A stretch of 64,000 nucleotides of DNA from the human T2T-CHM13v2.0 reference genome, Homo sapiens. The DNA lies in assembly GCF_009914755.1 (NCBI RefSeq), contig NC_060945.1; one strand, 5' to 3'. Under the pieces are notes generated by a model. The model was given only the letters and a program-made list of their open reading frames with translations. It did not search any database and had not been told where the DNA came from. Positions 56,026 to 64,000 of this stretch are shown in pieces (the first letter of the stretch is position 1; every line of letters starts with the position of its first letter). A program made the position numbers and the translations under genes.

Positions 56026-57792
56026 GTGGTGGTGACGCCGCTGCTCCTGCCTGGAGGGAGTGCCGTGGGGGCTGGTGAGGGTCCACACTGGGCGGAGTTA
56101 GGCTCCAATTCCTCCTCGGCTTCCTGCTGTTAGGCCTCGTGGAGTCGCGTCCCTGCCGGTGCTTGCCCTTGGCCCATGACGGTAACCGCCCAGCACTCTG
56201 TCCCCGGGGCCCTGAACTCCGGAAACCCCACTGGGAGGCTGTGCGTCCCGCCTGGGAGGATGGGGTGTGGGACGCGTGGGTGGGGGACGGTCCCCGCCGT
56301 GGGGAGGGGAGGTGCCGCGCCTGGCCTCGTGGGCACTGCAGCCACCCTGGGTGCAGCTCCTCTGCTTTGGGACCTTGGGAGGCATTGGTCCCACCCCCAC
56401 TGCTAGTTCATCTCTTAAAGTGAGGGTGCAGCTCCAGGGCCCGAGGTTTCCCCAACCAGGAAGGATGTCCTGGACCCGGGCTCAGGTCTCCTGACCCCAG
56501 CACGTGGCTGCCCAGAGCCCTGGCACCAGGGGTGCACCTAGAGGAGGGGGCCCCACGCTGATGGCTCCTGCAAGGATGGGGACCGGGGACAGCTCTGGGC
56601 AGTCAGTGAGGGAGCTGCTGCTCAGGGGTGGACACAGGGAGGGGGTCGGCTGGCCAGGGGGGCAGAGCTTCTGCATCGGGGCAAGGCTGGCCCAGGAGAG
56701 GCCTTGGGGAGATGTCGTCAGCCCCGGCAGAGCCCCTGCAATGAATGGAGCTGTGGCTTTGAGCGGGCAGAGGGGACGGGAGATGCAAGGGGCTGTCATC
56801 TGCCAGTGTGAGCAGGAAGGGATGGGGACTGATTCCTTCCCCAGATCAGCGCAGAGCTAGGGTTAAAAGAAAGCGGGTGCTGAGGGCTATTTTGGGCAGA
56901 CACAAAATGTCTGTCATTCATATTTTAAGAGATCCATGAATAAAAGATGAAGTCTCCTGGCCTGAGGCTAAGTGTAGGGCTGGTCTGAGGACTCTGCGTC
57001 TCTGCCTTCCCGCCGTCGTCTGGGTCCCATCTCACTGTGTGGACGGCAGATCTGAGAAGGCGCCTGGTGTGGCCTTGCGGGTTCTCTGTTCCTTTTAAGG
57101 CCCAGGTCGCTGTCCCATGTGAACATTCGGCCAGGTGGGCGGCTGCCTTGGCCGGCTGACCACAAGGAGTGCAGGCGAGCTCCCGAAGATTCCCACGGTT
57201 AACTGAGGGTGAGAAGCTCCGCGGGCAGCCGGAGCCTGCCTGGGGTGGACGTCAGAGATGAGAGTGTCCTGGCCCGCCCGTGCCCTTAGTCAAGGCCCAG
57301 CTTGGTGGTTTGGAGATCCCAGGACTAAAGGAAATAGCCAGCAGCACTCAGGAAACCTCCTCAGTTCCTCCACCTGTCCATGGGGGACTGCAGTGCTCGT
57401 TGGCACCCCCCGCAGGTGCAGGCAGGGCAGGATCTACGGTGGGTCCACGCCCCTGTCCCCAAGTTCAGTCATCAGGAGGGCAGGTGCAGCTTCCCACTGT
57501 AGCACAGCGTGCGCCTTCTTCTAAAGAGAGGACCTGGGGACATGTAGGCTTGGGTGGGTGACTCAGCCTTCCTGGGAAGTGGTGTGTACTGCGGGAGTGG
57601 GACTGGCTGTGCCTGCCAGGGTCCTTTGGCCCGAAGTGTGAGGTGTCTGCGCAGCCTGCCCTGGCCAGGCAGGTGGGGTGGAGACGCTGTATATCGTGAG
57701 ACGTGTTCCTGGCTGACCACTCCCTCCATGTCCCATGGAGCCAGGAGGAGCTGCAGGAGTCACCAGATTCCACACGGAGCAGCTTGGGGCCC

Positions 57793-57912
57793 GCGGTCAC
57801 AGGACGGTCAGGCAGTTGCACTGCTTGTCCGGGGCGGTCACAGGACGATCAGGCAGTTGCACTGCTTGTCCGGGGCGGTCACAGGACGGTCAGGCAGTTG
57901 CACTGCTTGTCC
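57793..57912. repeat. 41-bp VNTR, ~3 units, upstream of SLX9 exon 5
   Basis: gcggtcacaggacg[g/a]tcaggcagttgcactgcttgtcc at 57793, 57834, 57875. Confidence 0.96.
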
Positions 57913-58084
57913 AGGTCTCGCCTCCATGGCCACAGTGCAGCTTGGAACTTGTGGTTCTGCAGTGGTTTGGTCACCTCTGGCCACCACGACGTCTGCTCTA
58001 AGAAGGGAGGAGCCAGCCTCTGCCCACGGGAAGGTGTTTAGGGGATGCTGGATGCTGACTCATGTGGCTTCTCTGTGTCCACAG

Positions 58085-58153
58085 CAGGGAGAGCAACAAG
58101 CCCCGGCCCTCAGAGCTCAGCCGGATGAGCGCAGCCCAGAGACAGCAGCTTCT
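58085..58153 (+). CDS. SLX9: SLX9 coding exon 5 (SRESNKPRPSELSRMSAAQRQQL)
   Basis: NAGNAG acceptor cacag|cag|g; donor TCT|gtgagt; 69 nt, phase 2-2. Confidence 0.95.
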
Positions 58154-58475
58154 GTGAGTGCACCTGCCCACCTCCTCAGGGGTTCAGCTCCTGAGTGCCC
58201 TCACCCTGCCCACCCTCTCCAGGGGTTCAGCTCCTATGTGCCCTCACCCCGCCCACCCTCTCCAGGGGTTCAGCTCCTGAGTGCCCTCACCCCGCCCACC
58301 CTCTCCAGGGGTTCAGCTCCTATGTGCCCTCACCCCGCCCACCCTCTCCAGGGGTTCAGCTCCTATGTGCCCTCGCCCCGCCCACCCTCTCCAGGGGTTC
58401 AGCTCCTGTGTGCCCCCACCCCGCCCTCTCCAGGGGTCCTGAGTGCCTCCAGCCTGCCCTCCCAGGGGTTCAGCG
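58154..58475. repeat. 43-bp VNTR, ~7 units, abutting the exon 5 donor
   Basis: caggggttcagctcct[g/a][a/t]gtgccctcaccccgcccaccctctc at 58177, 58220, 58263, 58306, 58349, 58392, then degenerate. Confidence 0.96.
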
Positions 58476-59269
58476 GCTGAGAGCCCCGCCCGTGCCTCTA
58501 GTCCCCTCCACGCTGCTCCGCTGGCTCCTGCCTGTCTGCTCCAGGGGGGCTTTTCAGTGCAGTCAGGTCCTGTGGCCCTGGGTCAAGTCCCGCCTCCCAG
58601 GAAGGCTTCCAAGGGGAGTCATGGATCTAAAATGATGGGTGGACGCAGCCCCATCTCCGCCCCTCCCCTCCGCTGGCTGGTTGAAATCTGGATGATACGT
58701 TTGGTTCTGTGACTGGGCACTGCGGCCCCCAGTTAGCAGGGCTAGGACACTGATTTGCAGAAATTTGTACTCAGTTGTCCTCTTGGGTACAAAAATCTCC
58801 AGACCACGCACGCTCTCTTGCCTCTTTGCAGACTCAGCTCCAGTTTCCACTGAGAGAGCCACATTCTACGCCCTTGTAAGATGGTTTTAGTTAGCTGCTG
58901 GGATGATTTTTCCTGTGGTTTGAAATGGCTTTGCTCAGGTGTTTATCAGTGGGAGCGTTTTGTGTCAGTTCTACCAAGGCCCATTGTGCCTTTCCAGTTG
59001 AGAGTCTGAAGTCTGTTTTGTGAGTTCGATTATGCTTAGAAGCTGCTGTCTGTTTTGTGAGTACAGTTGTGTTGGGAAGCTGGTGTCGAATGGTAGCTCC
59101 AAAGATTTCTTTATTGTCTCGGCCCTTCTTCAGGGGCACCAATTATGCACTTACTGGATCTCTCTAATCTATCTGTCTTCCATCTCATGTTCTCTAATCC
59201 ATTTTTACTCTAGACACTTTGTAGGGTCTAGGTGAAGTATAGATAGTATAGTAAACTGTTTTTTTTAGT

Positions 59270-59410
59270 TTTTTAAAAAGTTTTTATTTTTATTTTTTAG
59301 AGACAGTTCCTTGCTCTGTGGCCCAGGCTGGAGTGCAGAGGTGTGATCAAGGCTCACTGCAGCCTCCGCCTCCTGGGCTGCAGCGATCCTCCTGCCTCGG
59401 CCTCCTGAGG
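59270..59410 (-). mobile_element. Partial AluJ-like right arm
   Basis: ttgctctgtggcccaggctggagtgcag...gatcctcctgcctcggcctcctgag. Confidence 0.85.
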
Positions 59411-61395
59411 AGCAGGGTCTTCCCGTAGATCTTTGTGTTTGTCCTCTTTGGTTTCTGCTTCTCTGTTTATGAACTGAGTTCTTCCCAGGCCAGTCTTGTC
59501 TGGAGACAGTTTGCGAACAGCAGAGCCCTCTCCGTGTGGCCATCGTCCTGCCTGGCCTCCCTCTCCGCCTCTCCCCAGTGCACAGCCTGGTCCGGGGAGC
59601 CCCTCCCTGCCTGGACAGGGCGACGGGTTTTCCTCTTGCAGACTGTCTGTCGCCCGCACCCCTCGGTGCCCCCATGTCCTTGCGGTCGCGGCATTTTGAA
59701 GCAGCTCAGGTTAACGGGTCTCCTGGTTTCATCAAAGATGGAGTTTGGTTTCTCGCTGCTTCTGAGAGGAGAGCAGGAGGCCCCTTCCTTGTTCACTCCG
59801 TGTTTTGGAGCCAGAGGTCTGTTCCCTTTCATGTCCATGGTGCTTTCTGGCGCCTGTGGACAGGGCTCAGGTGTTTGAGTGGCTTGGATCCTTCGATCCC
59901 AAGATCCCAGTGGGAAGCAAGAGTGTTCCCCTCCCTGGGTCATGCTCCCCTGGGGGCTTCATGTTGGGCATGAGCCTTGTAGCTCCTGGAGCTGGTGGTC
60001 CGTGCCCCAAGGCTGCTCCCCTGAGTACGAAACCAAGGAAGGGCTTTTCTCTCAGGTGGGAGGCCCCGTCTATGGGTCTCTGTTTACGGTTGTCCAGGAT
60101 GGCATCTGGAGGCCTGGCCCAGCATGGGAGCCACACAGTGCCAGGGGCACCGAACCCGTGTCCCATAGTGTCTAAACTCAGGCGCAGGCACAGGCTCCCC
60201 CTGCAGCCCCTCCCCGTGCAGCTTCGCTTCCAAGCGTCACTGTCACGGCTCCTTTCCTTCCCCAGCTCTGACCCAGGACTCTGCCCAGTGGACCACAGTG
60301 CTAAGAACCTGGCCTGGGCCTTCCCCTGGCCTCGGCTCCTCAGTTGCCCCAGGTGGGGCCTTGTTGGGTCCTGGTAGCCCCAGAGATCACTAGTAATGTC
60401 CAGGCTGTGACTGGGGCATTTCACCCTGACTTTACGGGGACAGCCCCAGCTGCCATGCTGGGGCCAGGGTGGCAGTGGCAGGAGGAGGTGGTGGTTAGTG
60501 ACCAGCAGAGCCCTGACCGCCTCCTGCTGTGGAGACGGCCCCAGCCCCACTGTCCTCTGTGGCTCTGGTGTGTGGGCACCCCGCCCAGGCGGTCGTCCAG
60601 CGGGGTGTGAAAGAGCCTTGTCAACTGCCCAGGAAACCAGGGCCAGTGTGGTCCAGCCTTGCACAAGGCTCCGTGCACACGGGGCACACAGGCCGGAGGG
60701 GTACAGGCCCCACCTCCCCGCCACCAGGCTCAGGGCCTCTTGGCAGCTGCGGCAGAGCCCGTCTGGGAGCTGCCCCCGAGGCTTCTGTGCCTGAGAGGGG
60801 ACCCAGGCCACCTTTTGTGTTCCACAGGGCAGCTCTCTGGCGTGCGGCTGGCTGCGCGGGGTTTAGAGCAGGAGCTGAGTGGCCGCCGGGCTGGGTGGCG
60901 GCTGGGGTGAGCTGGTGCCATGCTGGGTCGTCGCCGTGGCACCCATCTGGGGCTGCCGCGCCCCACTCTGCTGCAGGCCTCTGCCGGCTCAGGCTCTCGG
61001 CTCTCGGCTCTCGGCTCTCCTCTGTGTGCACCTATTTTGGTTGCCCGTGGAGGGAGCCGTCTCTCATGTAAGGAGTGAGTCTGCAGGGCTTGGGAGTTGC
61101 CGCCGCGTTTCTCAGCCTTGGCGGCAGCCCCATCAGCCCCAGACTTGCTGGCTGGGTGACACCTCAACGGCAGACCCCACAGTGGGCGCTGCCAGGGCTC
61201 TGGGATGCACGTGGCCACGAGGAGGGCCCGGGGCAGCCTCTCCCCTCCTGCCGGAAGTTTCCGAGGCCCCAGTACTCAGTCCCGTGGTGGCCCCAGGCCT
61301 CTGCCATTCATTTCGGTGTCTGACGTTTCCGGGTGTTGAGGGGCTGAGGGGTCCGGGGGTTCCTGCCTGCTGATCTGTGGTCTCCATTCTTTCAG

Positions 61396-61519
61396 CGAGG
61401 AAGAAAGGACCCGGTTTCAGGAGCTGCTGGCCAGTCCGGCCTACAGAGCCAGCCCCCTGGTGGCCATCGGGCAGACGCTGGCCCGGCAGATGCAGCTGGA
61501 AGATGGCGGCCAGCTCTGA
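61396..61519 (+). CDS. SLX9: SLX9 coding exon 6 (LEEERTRFQELLASPAYRASPLVAIGQTLARQMQLEDGGQL*)
   Basis: Acceptor tctccattctttcag|C; TGA at 61517-61519; exon sum 129+154+69+148+69+124 = 693 nt = 230 aa + stop. Confidence 0.97.
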
Positions 61520-61642
61520 CCAGGGCAGCGGGCATGCCACAACTCCTCAGGACACATGTGGGCCAAGTAGAGAGCGCCGGCCCCTCAAGGACCATGGCCT
61601 GAGCCTGGTGGACGCCCTTCCCTCTGGTCGGTTGTGGGGCTC

Positions 61643-61648
61643 AATAAA
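61643..61648 (+). terminator. SLX9: SLX9 polyadenylation signal AATAAA
   Basis: AATAAA 124 nt after the stop codon. Confidence 0.88.
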
Positions 61649-63102
61649 TGGCTCTGTGAACTTCCCCTGCACTGCCAGGGCCGTTCCCATGAGCTGCTTC
61701 CCTGATTCACAGGGCTGGGCACACCCTGGGACAGCTGCCCCCACTCTCCTCAGGACAACAAGCCACATCCCTCCACTGGGGGCCCCAGCCCCCACGCAGT
61801 CAGGGTGGACCGTGCACAGGGTTTGTGGGGACTGCAGTTGTGGAGGCCCCAAGTCCGTCCCTGAGCAGGCGCTGGTGCCCACAAGATAGTCTGCTGGCTG
61901 TGTTGGGAAGGAATTGTGCCTGGGTGTGGCCCCAGCTGTGCCACCAGCCGCCCTGATTTGCTTCAGCCTCAGTTCCTGCTGCGGCCCTGGTAGGATCCAG
62001 GAGCACTGAGGCCTGCAGGGGCTGCCGTGGGGGCTGGCTCAGGGCCTTCACCACCTGGGGGTCTGTTTCCCTTCCAGTCTCCCCTGCCATCCTCAGTGAC
62101 CAGGGACACAGATGGCCCTGGCAAGGCCCCCGGCCTGCTCCTCGCCTGTTGTCTGCACCCCGTGGGCTGCACCCCCCCTACCCCACCCGTTGCCCTCACC
62201 CTACCCAGCTGCTCCACACCCAGGCAGCCCACTGCCTTGCTCTGGGGGCGGAGAGCAGAGGGTCCTTCTGCAGGGAGGAGACGCGGAGTGGGCCCAGCCC
62301 TGAAGCTCTTGCTGACCCGGAAGTGAGAGAGGTCCTCCTTTGTTGCTGGAAGCCCTGGGATTTGGGGGTTGGTTTTTGGACTGTGAATCAGTGACTGATC
62401 AGTCCTTGTTTTCAGGTTGTGGAAAGCAAGGGGGTGGTGCGTCCCCAGGCCCCTGAGGCCCAGCTTGGCTCCCCCTGCCCGAGCTCCCCCCGTCCCAGGG
62501 CCCTGCAGGGCCTCGCTGGCCCATGTCCTGCAGCGGGGCTGGGCAGGCTGGATGTGGTGGTGTACCCCACTCAGAGTGTCTGGGAAGTGCAGAGCAGGAC
62601 CACTCTCAGCTCCCAGGCGGGGGCCCAGCACCCTGAGCCTTCCCAGGCTGCCTGGGGTGGGGGTGGTCCCAGGGACTCTGGGGCCTCCTGGCTCCAGGGC
62701 ATGTGGGTGGCCCCTATGCACAGCCCCTCTTGTTGTGAGCCCCCATGGTCCGACCTCCTCTGGCCTTGCTGCCTGCTCAGGGTTCATAGCCCCAGCAGCC
62801 CCGCCAAGGATGCCTGGCGAGTGGGTGGCCGAGGCAAGTTGGAGCCTGTGTCCCTGCTGTTCAGTGTCCTGGCCCTTCCCTGACACGAGCAGACACGGCA
62901 TCCACAGAGACAGCCCGGACACCCTCCAAGGCCCCGGCCGATGGGACAGACGGGCGTACAGGAGCCATAGGCAGCAGATCCCACGCTCCCTCGGCCGGGG
63001 CCAGCTTGGCTGCCCAGCCCCAGCTCCTTAGAGAACGGGCTTCTCGCTTCAGAGGAGCTGGTCACAAACCAGTGGTCGCGACAAAACCATTCCTGTGGTG
63101 GA

Positions 63103-63539
63103 GCGCGTGTGGGGCGCGTGTGGGGCGCGTGTGGAGCGGGTGTGGGGCGCGTGTGGAACGTGTGTGGGGCGCGTGTGGGGCGGGTGTGGGGCGGGTGTGG
63201 GGCGCGTGTGGGGCGCGTGTGGGGCGGGTGTGGGGCGCGTGTGGGGCGGGTGTGGGGCGGGTGTGGGGCGCGTGTGGGGCGGGTGTGGGGCGCGTGTGGG
63301 GCGGGTGTGGGGCGCGTGTGGAACGTGTGTGGGGCGCGTGTGGGGCGGGTGTGGGGCGCGTGTGGGGCGGGTGTGGGGCGCGTGTGGGGCGGGTGTGGGG
63401 CGCGTGTGGGGCGGGTGTGGGGCACGTGTGGAACGTGTGTGGGGCGCGTGTGGGGCGGGTGTGGGGCGGGTGTGGAACGCGTGAGGGGCGCGTGTGGGGC
63501 GGGTGTGGGGCGCGTGTGGGGCGGATGTGGGGCGCGTGT
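63103..63539. repeat. 11-bp G-rich, CpG-rich VNTR, ~40 units (gtgtggggcg[c/g])
   Basis: Direct inspection; periodic gtggaacg interruptions. Confidence 0.97.
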
Positions 63540-63651
63540 TGGGAACAGCGTCCGGGATGCACAGAGCACAGCGCGGTGGGGAGGCGGCAGGGGCGGCTTC
63601 CACTTCCTCCAGCATCCCAATCCCACCGTCTGGGTTTCTTGTGAAAAACCT

Positions 63652-63938
63652 GGCCGGGCGCAGTGGCGCACACCTGTAGTCCCAGCACTTGGGGAGGCCA
63701 AGGCAGTCGTATCACTTGAGGCCAGGAGTTCAAGACCAGCCAACATAGTGAGACCCCATCTTGACAAAAAAATAGAAAAATTAGCCGGGTGTGGTGGTGC
63801 GTGCCTGTAGTCAGCTACTGGGGAGGCTGAGGTGGGAGGATTGCTTGAGCCTAGGAGGCCGTGGCTATAGTGAGCCAAGATTGCGCCACAGCACTCCCAC
63901 CTGGGTGACAGGGTGATCCTCTCTCTAAAAAATAAAAA
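63652..63938 (+). mobile_element. AluJ element
   Basis: Alu consensus with ggaggattgcttgagcc and A-rich tail. Confidence 0.93.
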
Positions 63939-64000
63939 CGTAAAAATGTTTTTTGCTTCCTGGTTTTGAAATGACTCTTGTCTGGTTGTGGCTCGCAGCC

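Noticed and set aside
57554-58635. 308-aa ORF overlapping SLX9 exon 5
   Set aside because: Different frame from SLX9 and held open by two VNTRs
59867-63878. Long minus-strand ORFs (314, 317, 364 aa)
   Set aside because: GC-rich intronic/downstream sequence, VNTR and Alu; no splice structure or recognisable domain

Overview
Human (primate) genomic DNA: Alu-rich, GC-rich and unusually dense in VNTRs. I recognise it from memory as the ITGB2 5' end / SLX9 (FAM207A, C21orf70) interval of 21q22.3; no search was run. It contains (1) non-coding first exons and the ETS-site promoter of ITGB2 (CD18) on the minus strand, probably overlapped by the antisense lncRNA ITGB2-AS1; (2) LINC01547/C21orf67 on the minus strand, with an intact 3-exon 204-codon ORF assembled here from GT-AG junctions; (3) a CpG-island bidirectional promoter; and (4) the complete 6-exon SLX9 CDS on the plus strand (693 nt, 230 aa + stop). 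The rest is Alu/L1/LTR/DNA-transposon debris, about a dozen minisatellites and several local duplications. Nearly all ORFs in the supplied track are artefacts of GC content, VNTRs or Alus. I cannot support a wholly new multi-gene system. The strongest theme is local duplication acting on gene signals: a 45-bp duplication that copied an SLX9 splice donor, a VNTR grown from the exon 5 donor, an ETS-core VNTR at the distal ITGB2 start, a 314-bp non-tandem duplication with a single mismatch, a transposon-donated polyA site, a (GGAA)15 microsatellite and an unexplained intronic hairpin.
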